Below, one piece after another: positions 1 to 10,717 of a stretch of DNA of 64,000 nucleotides (positions within the stretch are counted from its first letter, which is position 1; each line of letters begins with the position of its first letter). Origin of the DNA: an uncultured delta proteobacterium (GTDB lineage Bacteria > Desulfobacterota > Desulfobacteria > Desulfobacterales > Desulfatirhabdiaceae); NCBI GenBank assembly GCA_963789395.1, contig CAWBKP010000024.1, positions 128,001 to 192,000 of the forward strand. The letters are read 5' to 3'. Below the pieces are notes generated by a model. The model did not search any database. It was not told the origin of the DNA and worked only from the letters and a program-made list of their open reading frames with translations. The position numbers and the translations under genes were made by a program.

Positions 1-1225
1 TGCAGAATGCGTCAGTGGCTCGGAAATGACATGGTGTATGCCGTGCAGACCGGCCTGGACCTGGGCGAGCGGATGGACCATGCCTTTAAAGACGGGTTTG
101 ATCGGGGATATGACCGGATTGTCGTTATGGGCTCGGACTGCCCGGAGCTGACGGCCGGGATCCTTAAAGAGGCGTTTCAGTCGCTGGATCGCCATCCGGT
201 GGTGCTCGGGCCTGCCGCTGACGGCGGGTATTATCTCATCGGCCTGAAACAGCGGTTTCCCCGAGTTTTTCAGGAAATTCCCTGGGGGACGGCGTCTGTT
301 CTGGAATCGACCCGTAAAACGCTCTTGTCCCTTGAAGTTCCCTTTGCGCTGCTGGAGCGATTGGGTGATGTGGACACGCCGGAAGATTTGCATATCTGGG
401 AAAACTTTCAAAAAACACGGATCAGCCGCGACAACTCTCTTTCCGTCATTATTCCGTCACTGAACGAATCCGACCATATCCGGCAAGCCATTCAAAGCGC
501 CCGTAGCGGAAATCCGCTGGAGGTCATCGTTGTAGACGGCGGCAGCTGTGATGGGACGGTTCAACTTGCTGTCAAATCCGGGGCAACGGTCATTCAGGCG
601 CCTCGGGGCAGGGCGGTTCAGATGAATGCCGGCGCCGAAATTTCACGGGGCCACCATCTTCTTTTTCTGCATGCCGATACCCGTCTTCCGGACAGGTACG
701 CGCTTTTCGTTAGCGAAATACTGAATGATTCGGCGTGCAGGCGGCGCGTTTCGTTTTGGCGTTGCGCAGCCGTTTCCAGGACGGAGGCTGGTCGAATGGA
801 TGACCAATTTCCGCGCGCGCCATCTTCAAATGCCTTATGGCGATCAGGCGATTTTTGTCCGCAGGCAGGATTTTATGGACATGGGCGGCTACAACCCCCT
901 GCCGATCATGGAGGACTACGAATTTATCAGAAGGCTGAGGCGCAGAGGGCGCATCGTGATCGCGGGTGCAACTGCCATGACCGCCGGCAGAAGGTGGCTT
1001 GCGCTTGGCGCGCTACAAACCACGCTGATCAACCAACTGGTCATTTCAGCCTACCATTGCGGCGTTGCGCCTGAAAGGCTGGCCATGTTTTATAGAACAC
1101 GAAAAATAATGAGCCCGAAAACGATTAACGCTTTTAAGGAGGATTCACGCCGTGAGGTATCCCAAGGAAGTCGTTCTGAAAGAAGGAAAGGAAGCTGTCA
1201 TTCGTCCGCTGGAAAAACACGATGA
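1..1225 (+). CDS. Fused glycosyltransferase: DUF2064/TIGR04282-like N-domain plus GT2 TIGR04283-like C-domain; 5'-truncated, one frameshift near 735
   Basis: DLGERM..AF, GSDCP, LGPAADGGYYLIG, DVDTPEDL, then SVIIPSLNE, VVDGGS, GRAVQMNAGA, LFLHADT; continues in another frame with PYGDQAIF and IMEDYE. True 3' end uncertain because it overlaps the next gene. Confidence 0.8.
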
Positions 1226-1706
1226 AGGCCTGCTGGTCCGGTTTTATGCGGAGCTGCCGGAGTCCGACAGGTGGTTTATGCGATACGACGTGCTGGATCC
1301 GAACGTGATTCGCAAGTGGGTGGATGGCATCGACTCCGCAACCGTGTTTTCCATTGTTGCGGTGACGGAAGATAAAATCGTGGGACATGCCGGTCTTCAT
1401 CTTCGGGGGTTTGGCTGTACCCGGCATGTGGGAAGAATCCGGGTGGTGATTCTGCCGGAATACCGCCATATCCGCCTGGGAACCTGGATGCTTCTGGACT
1501 TGATTCAACAGGGCATGGACAAGGGCCTGGAAGAACTTCGGACCGATCTTGTTGTCGGGGTTGAAGACCCGGCCATCGAAGCGGCACACAAACTGGATTT
1601 TTTCGAGCGGGGTGAATTGAAAAATTATGTGAAGGATTCGTGCGGCAATTTGCACAATCTTGTTATCATGACCAAACGATTGCACAAGAACTGGGGGGAT
1701 TTTTAA
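1152..1706 (+). CDS. GNAT family N-acetyltransferase
   Basis: IRPL..HD, RWFMRY and ILPEYRHIRLG acetyl-CoA-binding motif; AAGGAGG upstream of GTG start. Confidence 0.8.
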   Translation: MRYPKEVVLKEGKEAVIRPLEKHDEGLLVRFYAELPESDRWFMRYDVLDPNVIRKWVDGIDSATVFSIVAVTEDKIVGHAGLHLRGFGCTRHVGRIRVVILPEYRHIRLGTWMLLDLIQQGMDKGLEELRTDLVVGVEDPAIEAAHKLDFFERGELKNYVKDSCGNLHNLVIMTKRLHKNWGDF

Positions 1707-1731
1707 GCGCTGCGGACGGAGGTGCGGTTAA

Positions 1732-2367
1732 ATGGATGAAACAGCGTCAACAACAATCGTTTGGGAAACGCCAGTTGGACGGATTCTGATCCGGTCGTTC
1801 TGCAGCAGGGATGAAATTCGAATGTGCAGTTTCGACAGCCAGTTCGGCATTCATCCGCATTACAAATCCCTGTATACCCGGAAAGAGACGCTGGAAAATA
1901 TCGCGGACTTGCCGGATGCCAATGTTGTATTGGCCTTGATCGACTATCAGCACATCATCGGTTTCGGCGTGCTGGTTCATCCGGAGCCGGATGAACGCTG
2001 GTCTGAGCTGGGTCCTGGAATCATGATCGAGATCAAGGCGATTGAGGTATGCCGGGACTGGCGATCCACGGGAATAGCCCGCGGCATCGTTTCGCAGTTG
2101 ATGAATCATCCCCGGATTGAAGACATGATCGCCTATATGGTGGGGTATTCCTGGACCTGGGACCTGGACGGTGCGCTGAAAACCGCCCAGGAATATCGTT
2201 CCATGCTCATCCGGCTGTTCGGACCATTCGGGTTTCAGGAATTTCAGACCAATGAGCCCAATATCTGTTTGAAACCGGAAAATATTTTCATGGCAAGAAC
2301 CGGAACTGCCGTTTCCAAAGAGGTCCAGACCCGGTTTAAATGGCTCCGTTTCGGCGTGTCGCCATAA
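1732..2367 (+). CDS. AcuA-like GNAT protein acetyltransferase
   Basis: AIEVCRDWRSTGIA, IEDMIAY..YSWTWDL and TNEPNI..PEN..MAR resemble Bacillus AcuA; GGAGG RBS. Confidence 0.7.
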   Translation: MDETASTTIVWETPVGRILIRSFCSRDEIRMCSFDSQFGIHPHYKSLYTRKETLENIADLPDANVVLALIDYQHIIGFGVLVHPEPDERWSELGPGIMIEIKAIEVCRDWRSTGIARGIVSQLMNHPRIEDMIAYMVGYSWTWDLDGALKTAQEYRSMLIRLFGPFGFQEFQTNEPNICLKPENIFMARTGTAVSKEVQTRFKWLRFGVSP

Positions 2368-2412
2368 AATGGCGTAGAGCTTTAATCGGCAATGATGGCT
2401 ATTGTGGAGTAA

Positions 2413-3568
2413 TCACGCGTGACTTTCATTATCCGCAATTGCCGGCAGGTAGATGTCCACGGTTGTGCCCTGATTGACTTCGGATGCGATGAAAATAAAT
2501 CCGTCGTGCTTGTGAATGATGGAATATACGGTGGTCAGCCCCAGCCCCATGCCTTTTCGGGGTCCCAGTTCCTTGGTGGTGTAATAGGGATCAAATATCC
2601 GGGGAAGATGTTCGGAAGAAATTCCATGGCCCTGGTCCTGGATCATCAGGTGCAGGTAATTGCCTGAAGAAATCGGGTGGACCGGAAGGGGCGGATCGCC
2701 GGAAGCCACGATGTTTCTGATTGCAACACGAAGCTTACCCCCATCCGGCATGGCTTCGACCGCATTGGTCATCAAATGGGTGAGAGCATATCGCATCTGA
2801 TGCTCATCCACGTCAATATTCCATATGCCATCGGGCAGGTCAAGGTCCACGTCAATATTCGGGCTCGGAATTCCAATAACCTGGGATTCCTTGAGCAGCT
2901 TAAGGATCGAAGTCCTCTTTTTTGAAGGGTACCCGCATTTCGACAGGATGATGAACTGCTGGGTGAGCTCTTTGCCCTGGTTACAGATGGATTCAGCCTT
3001 TTCAAGAATTTTGAGGGCTTTATTTTCGGGGTTGAGTAAAAGCTGGGCCAGGGAAATGTTGCCCATGATGGACATCAGCAAATTGTTGAAATCGTGGGCG
3101 ATTCCACCGGCAAGAGTTGCCGTGAATTCAAGCTGCTGCGCTTTAATAAAATTTTCCCGGGTTTTTGATTGTTCGGTCACATCGTAAAGGGTACAAAAAA
3201 CAGATTTGGCATTGTTGCTGGTGGCCCGTCTCCTTAAAACCGCTAAAATAAACCCGGGTCAAGGATCCGTCTTTTCTGCGAACATTGATCTCAATGTCCC
3301 GGATTTGTTCTGAGGAGTCAATGGAAGTAAAATAAGCGCGGAGCTTTTCCGCATCCAAAGGCGGCAGCAGATCATAAAAGGAAGTGCCTGGAACATCCGC
3401 TTTCGTGTAACCCAGAAGTTTTTCCCAGGCCGGGTTAACCGACAGAATACATCCGGCGTCGTCCAGCGTCAGATACGGTACCGGGGCCTTTTCGTACATC
3501 AGCCGAAACCGTTTCTCGCAGGATTTTAGTGCATCCTGGGTTGATTTAAGATGTTCCTGGCCCGTCAT
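2413..3568 (-). CDS. PAS-domain sensor histidine kinase, split by one indel near 3195
   Basis: PAS (FRLMYEKAP..VNPAW) in 3143-3568; GGIAHDFNNLL, NAVEAM, DQGHG and GMGLGL boxes in 2413-3180; break in an A6/T6 run. Confidence 0.85.
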
Positions 3569-3826
3569 TCAGAGGGTTTCCTCATGAACGGATAAATTAT
3601 AATCTTGCAAAATGGTATATCACCTTGATCAAAAGCACGCCATGGTCTGTTTCGGAAAGTATACAGTTATTTATCGAAAATGACCACAGGAATATCTTCA
3701 AAAGATTATATTTTGAATTTGATCATCCGGAAACCCGAATATGAAACGGCTGAAGATCTGTCCGCTGCATCCATTCAATAGGCATCCGTTAAGGGGTGAT
3801 GGATTTTCAAAGAATTCCGTCGCACG

Positions 3827-4546
3827 TCACAGTTCAAAATTTCCGGTTTTCAGTTCACTGTCTGACAGACAGGCCATCACATTGGCTCTTGCTGTCTGAA
3901 TGTGTTTTCGGATGGTCTCGATACTGCCGATAATGTCCTTGTTCCGCATCTTCTTCAGAAGCAGATGGTGGTCTGTGTTAAAATTTTCAATTCTTTCCAA
4001 ATCATAATTGTCGAGTTTTGCCCGCAGGTAGATGTGCTCCAAATTCATTTTCAAGTGCCATTTAAGAATTTTGTTTCCGGACATTTCAGCGATCTGAATA
4101 TGAATGGCTGCATCCAGAAATATTTTTTTTCTGTTGTAGTAAGGTGGTTTGTAATTTTCAAATTCAAGAATCTTTTCTTCGAGCTTTTGATAATCCGCTT
4201 CACTGGCTTTCAGGATAGCCTGCTCCACGGCATATGTTTCAAGCGCATCCCGAACCCCGAATGCATCCCATGCCTCTCCCAGGTCCATACGCCGGACATA
4301 AAATCCCCGGCGGGATTCTGAAACTACCAAACCCTGCTGTTCCAGTCGATTCAAGGCATTGATAACCGGTGTTCTGGACATTTTCAGCATTTTGGCCAAA
4401 TCATCATAAACCAGTCTCTGGCCTGGAACAAGCTTCTGATCAAAAATCAACTGTTTGATATTCCGATAAGCATCCTCGATGAGCGTATTGGAATCCTTTT
4501 TTGTTTTTGCGTCCATTCCGCTTTCAACTACAGCTAAATTTTTCAT
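3827..4546 (-). CDS. GntR family transcriptional regulator (FCD domain)
   Basis: LVPGQRL..DLA..LKMSRTPV..AL..L..QGLV winged HTH plus C-terminal FCD-like domain. Confidence 0.9.
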   Translation of the reverse strand: MKNLAVVESGMDAKTKKDSNTLIEDAYRNIKQLIFDQKLVPGQRLVYDDLAKMLKMSRTPVINALNRLEQQGLVVSESRRGFYVRRMDLGEAWDAFGVRDALETYAVEQAILKASEADYQKLEEKILEFENYKPPYYNRKKIFLDAAIHIQIAEMSGNKILKWHLKMNLEHIYLRAKLDNYDLERIENFNTDHHLLLKKMRNKDIIGSIETIRKHIQTARANVMACLSDSELKTGNFEL

Positions 4547-4814
4547 TGTATTTTATAATATTCCCAAATGTTTCAATTCTATCCGGGTTGATTCCGAATG
4601 AATAGCAGGTATGGTGGACAGGCGGCTAACAGCATTATTCTTTGGAATCTAGTCGCAGGCCCGGTGAATATAACAAACATCTTCCGCCAGAGCTTCATCA
4701 CGATACAGCTCACCAATTGGAGATGTGACTTCTTCGTGCTCGATCTGACAGTTAAACGGTATATCAGTCAGGACGGATTTGCCTCGTTTCCCACTGTACA
4801 GAAAAGGAGAAATA

Positions 4815-4843
4815 AATTAATTATATATCCTTGTTTTGTCAAT
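4815..4843 (-). promoter_or_regulatory. Candidate sigma70 promoter for gntR
   Basis: Minus strand reads TTGACA-17 nt-TAATTT, about 270 nt upstream of the gntR start. Confidence 0.45.
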
Positions 4844-4919
4844 TTGCAGATAAAAACAGTTGCTGGTATAAGCCACGGACTTTCTAAATAAACAACTCCA
4901 GACGGCGTATATATGCCGA

Positions 4920-5894
4920 TCAGGATGGGTTGGGTGGAACTATGTTCGGCAATGCATTGGCAAGGATTTCATCAACAAGCGAATAAGGATCATTTTGATA
5001 AGACTGCATTACATTGCGGATTTCGGCCCGTTTTTCATCAGTCAGCCATTCAGTTTTGAACCATTCAAGGATCCGGTTTCCCATAAGATCTGTCAGCTCC
5101 TCCATGGCCAGTTTCTGCTTTCTGGCAATCGATTTCTCCGATGAAAGGGTCGCCTGCTCCAGCCTGTCAACCAGGGGGACAAATCCTTCTCCCAGGGTTG
5201 CGCTGGTTGTTAAGATCGACATAGCGGAATTATCCGGATTGTCATCGGATATCAGCGCTGCCTGAAGATTTCTGAGCACCTGGTTTGATTCGATCAGATC
5301 CGATTTGTTCACAATATAAATATCGGCAATCTCCATGATCCCCGATTTTGAATATTGAATGAGATCTCCCTGGCCGGGAGCACATACCAACAATATGGTC
5401 TGTACCGCTCTGGCGATATCGATCTCATCCTGCCCCGCACCGACCGTCTCGACAAGGATATAGTCTTTGCCAAACGCGTCCATAATCCGGATCACATCAC
5501 GGGTTGCCTGATTGAGCCCTCCGATTCCCCCCCTGGACGCCATGGAACGGATGAACACGCCGTCCAGGCAGGTGAGATCGTTCATGCGGATTCGATCCCC
5601 CAGGAACGCGCCACCGGAAAAAGGGCTTGAGGGGTCCACAGCGATTACGCCGACTGATTTCCCCCTTTTTACCAGTTCACGAACAATCCGGCCGGTAACG
5701 GTACTTTTTCCAGAGCCCGGAAATCCTGTAATCCCCACGGTTTTTGCATTGCCCGTAATTCGTGAAATACATTTCATGGCATCCAGCCAGCCGGGTTTCC
5801 GGTTCTCAACCCCAGTGATGATGCGGGCCATCGCCAGGGAAGAACCGGCTTTCAATCCTTCGAGTAACTCGTTCCAGTTTATGACATTTCTCAC
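4920..5894 (-). CDS. meaB: Acyl-CoA mutase-associated GTPase (MeaB/ArgK)
   Basis: GITGFPGSGKST, AVDPSSPFSGGAFLGDRIRM, VETVGAGQDE, VNKSD. Confidence 0.92.
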   Translation of the reverse strand: MRNVINWNELLEGLKAGSSLAMARIITGVENRKPGWLDAMKCISRITGNAKTVGITGFPGSGKSTVTGRIVRELVKRGKSVGVIAVDPSSPFSGGAFLGDRIRMNDLTCLDGVFIRSMASRGGIGGLNQATRDVIRIMDAFGKDYILVETVGAGQDEIDIARAVQTILLVCAPGQGDLIQYSKSGIMEIADIYIVNKSDLIESNQVLRNLQAALISDDNPDNSAMSILTTSATLGEGFVPLVDRLEQATLSSEKSIARKQKLAMEELTDLMGNRILEWFKTEWLTDEKRAEIRNVMQSYQNDPYSLVDEILANALPNIVPPNPS

Positions 5895-6027
5895 ATATCC
5901 ATCCAGTCATGCGCTTGAAATCAAATACCGGGTTTTTCCGGGTTCTTCACCGTTTTGAAATGGGCCCCCTGTTAATACAGCGCGAAAAGTGACGCCCGAG
6001 TTCGCAATAAGGATTCCCGGCAAAAAA

Positions 6028-6828
6028 TTATATTTGCAACTTGCCGACTTTGCTGGCTTTGATGTATTTCATGCAAAACCTGTCCTTGTTTACCAACGAT
6101 TCAGAGGCGATAATCAAGGCGTTCATGCACGCATCGGTCGGGTCCATGATTACAGCATCCAGACCGGCCGCTATGCTCATTACCACATAGGCACGATTAA
6201 GATGGCGGCGTTCCGGCAAACCATAGGAAACATTGCTCAGCCCGGATACGAAATGGAGTCCTGCAAATTTTTTACCCAGAGCTGTGATGATAGCCAGTGA
6301 ATCCAGAACCGCATTCGGGTCGGTGGCCAGGGTCCGAACCAGCGGGTCAAGATATATTCTATCTGCAGGAATATCCCCCTCAATGATGCTTGAGACAAGT
6401 TTTTCCCCGACTGCAATCGCCTTGTCTTTTTCCGTGGGGATACCGTTGTCATCAAGACACAGGGCAACAAGACGGGCATTGTATTGCTTGGCAAGGACGA
6501 GTATCTTATTGTATCGATCACTTTCACCACTGATCGAGTTAATCATTGCTTCACCCTTATGTACTGCCAGACCTGCTGCCAACGCCTTTGGATTCGGACT
6601 GTCGATACAAACTGGAAGACTTGTTGCCTCCTGGACAATCTTTATCATCCATGCCAGCACTTCGGGCTCTTCGTTTGGATCAAGAGTCCCACAATTTACA
6701 TCTATATAGTTCGCTCCGGCCTCTGCCTGTTTCACCGCTTCCTGGGCGATCGAATCTTGATCTCTTGTCTCCACAGCCCGACGAATCGATTTGCGTGAGG
6801 AGTTAATTTTTTCGCCGATTATAATCAT
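6028..6828 (-). CDS. Methyltetrahydrofolate:corrinoid methyltransferase (pterin-binding, AcsE/MT2-like)
   Basis: IIGEKIN, YIDVN, CIDSPN, MINSISGE, YLDPLV, GLSNVSYGLP. Confidence 0.9.
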   Translation of the reverse strand: MIIIGEKINSSRKSIRRAVETRDQDSIAQEAVKQAEAGANYIDVNCGTLDPNEEPEVLAWMIKIVQEATSLPVCIDSPNPKALAAGLAVHKGEAMINSISGESDRYNKILVLAKQYNARLVALCLDDNGIPTEKDKAIAVGEKLVSSIIEGDIPADRIYLDPLVRTLATDPNAVLDSLAIITALGKKFAGLHFVSGLSNVSYGLPERRHLNRAYVVMSIAAGLDAVIMDPTDACMNALIIASESLVNKDRFCMKYIKASKVGKLQI

Positions 6829-6873
6829 TTGCGGTTCCTTACTGTATTGGTCGTCTGTTGACGATCTCAGTGT

Positions 6874-7506
6874 TTAAGCGTAGATTTCTTTGCAGATGTT
6901 CACACCATGGACAGCATCGGATGCAACGTAATCCGCACCGCAGAATGCTCTCACCTGCTCGTTGACCGGGGCACCGCCAATAATGGTCTTGACCTTCTCT
7001 CTCAAACCTTCTTTCTCAAGGGCTTCAATAACCGTCTTCATTTCCAGATAGGTGAAGTTCAGCAGTGCACTTAAAGCAAGAACAGAGGTCCCGCTCTCTT
7101 TGACGGCTTCAATAAATTTTTCGCAAGGGACGTCGACACCAAGGTCGATGACCTCAAAGCCTGAGCCCCGCATGAGGGTGGCGACAATGTTTTTTCCGAT
7201 ATCGTGGATATCACCTTTTACCGTTCCCAGTACAACCTTCTTTTTGGAATCCTGGTTTGCTTCTCCCTGAAGTAACGGGTCAAGCTTGACCATAACGCAT
7301 TTCAGAATTTCCGCTGAAAACATGAGCTGGCTGATAAAGTAGGTGTTTTCGGAAAACAACTCGCCGACTGCCACCATTCCCTCGTTCAGAGCATCAATGA
7401 TTTGCAGAACGGGCTTTTGTTCCTCTACATACTTTTCAACGAGGCTATATACTTTCTCTTCCTCGAGATCTCTTAAAGCTTCAGTTAATTCCTCCATGAT
7501 ATTCAC
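6874..7506 (-). CDS. Corrinoid methyl-carrier protein (B12 cap plus B12-binding domain)
   Basis: GTVKGDIHDIGKNIV (DxHxxG), IDLGVDVP, LSALL, IGGAPV. Confidence 0.93.
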   Translation of the reverse strand: MNIMEELTEALRDLEEEKVYSLVEKYVEEQKPVLQIIDALNEGMVAVGELFSENTYFISQLMFSAEILKCVMVKLDPLLQGEANQDSKKKVVLGTVKGDIHDIGKNIVATLMRGSGFEVIDLGVDVPCEKFIEAVKESGTSVLALSALLNFTYLEMKTVIEALEKEGLREKVKTIIGGAPVNEQVRAFCGADYVASDAVHGVNICKEIYA

Positions 7507-7531
7507 CTTTAATTTTTGATGACATATGCTC

Positions 7532-8905
7532 TTAGAATACCCACTGCCACATCCAGTTATAGGCCATGGCCTCCAGCTGTTCCCATGGTTTCTGTATCAT
7601 CATTTCATCGCCTTTGACGCCGCCCAGTTCCTTGTTCTTCACTTCCCATGGGGTTGTTACCGTCTGCGGCTTCAGTGCAGGCACATCTGCTTTTTCCGTA
7701 TTTAATTCCCGTGGGGTGTTGACTATTGTTGAATCGTAAACCCCGAACTCGAGCACAGCATCAATCAAGGCCCGGAGATTTTCCGGCTTGGTGTCATACG
7801 GAAAGCAGCATCCACCGGAAATGATATAGCCACCGTCTCGACCGACAGTCTCAGACAGGTGTTTCACCGATTCCCTCACTTTTTGAGGTGTTCCTAGAAT
7901 GAGGTCAGCGTTATCGACGCCACCGGAGATACACTGGTAACCGCCGAGTATTTCTTTTGCTTTGTAGATATTTCCCGGATTATCGATATCGCAAAGCACC
8001 TTCCCCTTGGGTAATTCCCGCAACCTGTGCAGGTGAGCATCCCAATTGCCCTCCAGGTAGGCCCGTACCGTGTAGCCTGCGTCAATCAGGATCTCCAGGG
8101 TCTTTTTGAACGATGGCCAGTAAAACTTGTCAAACTGGTCAGGCGACATGAACATCGCTTTGTGGGTTGGAACGAATATAGGATAACGTTTGAATGGATC
8201 TGCGGTGGAAAGGGCAAAGTTTGAGATTTCATGGACTATCACGTCACAGGCCTCTATTACTTTCCCCGGCTGGCGGAAAAGGTCCATCATGATTCCGTTG
8301 AGACCTCTCATGGCGTCCCCAAGGACGTCAAGAGGTGCGAGGAAAACACCAGTCATGGGCTGTGGCATCCCGAGTTTTTGTTCGAGTACCATACCGCGAT
8401 TACGCATAACCTGGCCCATCTGCATCTGCGCCATTCCACCCTTTAATGCGGCTGTGAAAGCACGCATTGAGCCCGGCTCAGCAAATTCGCTCAGCACCCG
8501 TGGCAGAAAAACTTCATAGAGAAACAGTCCAGGATTTGCGATGAAGCGTTCATATTCATTGCTTTTCATGTACTCTTTTTCATTGAACTGTATTGGGATC
8601 CTGGGTGCCAGATCGCGGCCCGGTATAGAAAAGGTCTTACAGCCGATCGCGTCATAAAGGGGTCCATAGAACCGATTATTTCGCAATACATCGATTTCCG
8701 GAAAAGCATTGATAAATGCCTCTTCGGCCTGTAGCCATTTTTCAGGATGATAGATCGTTTCCTGATGGGTATTGCCGGAGTAGATTTCGGCGATATTGTT
8801 GGTGCCTGGTGCTATCGGGATACGGTCTGTCGGTTGCAACGCAATCGCAGCCTGATACCGGCCAAGTCTTCTATTGAATGTTTGTTTCGCGTTGTCAGCA
8901 TCCAT
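7532..8905 (-). CDS. Uroporphyrinogen-decarboxylase/MtaA-CmuA family corrinoid methyltransferase (MT1 candidate)
   Basis: PTDRIP, FMSPDQFDKFYWP, GTPQKV, GGYIISGGC, TKPEN; lies directly upstream of the corrinoid protein. Confidence 0.8.
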   Translation of the reverse strand: MDADNAKQTFNRRLGRYQAAIALQPTDRIPIAPGTNNIAEIYSGNTHQETIYHPEKWLQAEEAFINAFPEIDVLRNNRFYGPLYDAIGCKTFSIPGRDLAPRIPIQFNEKEYMKSNEYERFIANPGLFLYEVFLPRVLSEFAEPGSMRAFTAALKGGMAQMQMGQVMRNRGMVLEQKLGMPQPMTGVFLAPLDVLGDAMRGLNGIMMDLFRQPGKVIEACDVIVHEISNFALSTADPFKRYPIFVPTHKAMFMSPDQFDKFYWPSFKKTLEILIDAGYTVRAYLEGNWDAHLHRLRELPKGKVLCDIDNPGNIYKAKEILGGYQCISGGVDNADLILGTPQKVRESVKHLSETVGRDGGYIISGGCCFPYDTKPENLRALIDAVLEFGVYDSTIVNTPRELNTEKADVPALKPQTVTTPWEVKNKELGGVKGDEMMIQKPWEQLEAMAYNWMWQWVF

Positions 8906-9088
8906 TGTTTGTCCTCATTGTTTTGGTCCATTTGGCATCTCTGTTTCATTGGCTTTCAAAGCTTTGATTGTTACCGGGTGTGCGCCTTAATCGTTTTTTT
9001 CATTATTCGCTTTTTCGATTGGACCTGACAGGCTCCACGGTTTTTACAACTAAATTATGAAGAGCAGAAATCAGATTTTTTACAATAT

Positions 9089-9189
9089 TCAAAGGAGGGT
9101 AGTGATCAATATTTCATTTCACCGTTTTCAAGTTCAATGCGGATAAGGCGAAGCTTCAGATCAAGCGTGTCCAGTCTCTGGTCCCTGCA
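9089..9189 (-). mobile_element. IS4-family transposase remnant
   Basis: Minus strand translates CRDQRLDTLDLKLRLIRIELENGE then, after a shift, EILITTLL*, resembling the LRLIRVEL..GE.EILITSL segment of IS4 transposases; no start or ends seen. Confidence 0.55.
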
Positions 9190-9342
9190 GTTGGAATCAT
9201 TAAAATCAATCCAATAATGGTTTTTTCTGCAGCGGCCTTAAGTCAATGACATTGACGCCATTGGCTTGATAAAACAGACAGAACAGTCATGCAATGCTAC
9301 GGTAAATCATCTCATTCATGCAAACTGTTTTTACATGACGCC

Positions 9343-10646
9343 TTACATATTGAAATGGTTAGGTAAAAATATGGCTATTTGCGGAAACACGACTATCAAT
9401 ACCGTCACAATCACCAGTGCAGCCAAAAACGGAAAAATCCCTTTGAATATGGTTTCCAGTGGTATCTGCGGGGCAATCCCTTTTATGACAAACACATTGA
9501 CCCCGACCGGCGGCGTAATGACACCCATTTCTGCAATCAGGACGATGATGACGCCAAACCAGATGGGATCAAAATTGAGCCGCTGAATCAATGGGAAAAA
9601 AATGGGAATGGTCACAACAATCAGTGCCATGGAGTCCATAAAAAAACCGCCGATAAAATAGACGAAGATAACCATCCCCATGATCAATATTTTGGGAATA
9701 GCCAGTGAGCCGACCCAGTTTGCAAGGGCAAACGGAATATTGGATATGGCCATGAAATGCCCGAAAACAGTCGCGCCGGCAATGATAAACAGGATCATGA
9801 CCGAGGTTCTCAACGCTTCCTTGCAGGATGAATAAAACATGGAAAATGATATTTTTCTTCTGGCGATGCCGATAATCAAGGCGCCGGCAGCACCAATCGA
9901 ACCTGCTTGTGTCGGACTGAACCATCCCAGAAACAAGCCGCCGATCGTCAATGAGAACAGGATGATTGCTTCACCAATCCCTGAAAATGCCCGGATTTTT
10001 TCCTTCCAGGTGGTGCGGGGGCCGGGAGGGCCATAATGTGGATTTCTGGCGCATAACAGGACCACCGTTACGATAAAGGCCAGCGTCAACAGAAGCCCCG
10101 GAATGATGCCGGATAAAAACAGCCTGCCGATGGACTGTTCGGTTAAAATCCCGTAAATGATGAAAATCGTACTGGGCGGAATCATGATCCCGAGGGTGCC
10201 GGCAGCAGCTACTGCACCTGTCGCCAATTTGTCGTCTACCCGTATTTTTTCATTTCCGGCAATGCGATTCGGCCCATGGTGGCGGCCGTGGCGGCGGTAG
10301 AGCCACAAATGGCTGCAAACCCCGCGCATGCCATGACGGTCGCAATGGTCAACCCGCCGCGCATTGCGCCCACCCAGACATGATTGGCCTTGTAAAGCCG
10401 TTCGCTGATGCCAGAGGCAAAGGCGAATGACCCCATCAGAATAAACATGGGGATGACCGAAAGGGTGTACGAACTGAACGTATCAAATATATCATACGCA
10501 AGAAGGGTAAGGGTGGATTCAACGCCGCTCAGCGTAAAAAAACCGAGGAGTCCGACCAGCATCATGGCAAAAGCAACGGGCATGCCAATTAAAAACAGAA
10601 AAACCATCAAACCGATACACAGAATTCCTACGGTCTCCGGGCTCAT
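9343..10646 (-). CDS. dctM: TRAP transporter large permease, frameshifted near 10240
   Basis: GMPVAF, IPMFILMG, GTLGIMIPPS, ITPPVGVNVF. Confidence 0.9.
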
Positions 10647-10717
10647 GACAATGTCCTTTGTGATGTTAGGGGCAAGAAAATGGCATAGTTATGCAGCATG
10701 ACAGTAAAAATACAAAT

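Noticed and set aside
4600..4800. Cobalamin or c-di-GMP riboswitch call
   Set aside because: Only a partial GGGAA..AAATCC resemblance; no convincing B12 box or GEMM second stem, so it is not listed as a feature.
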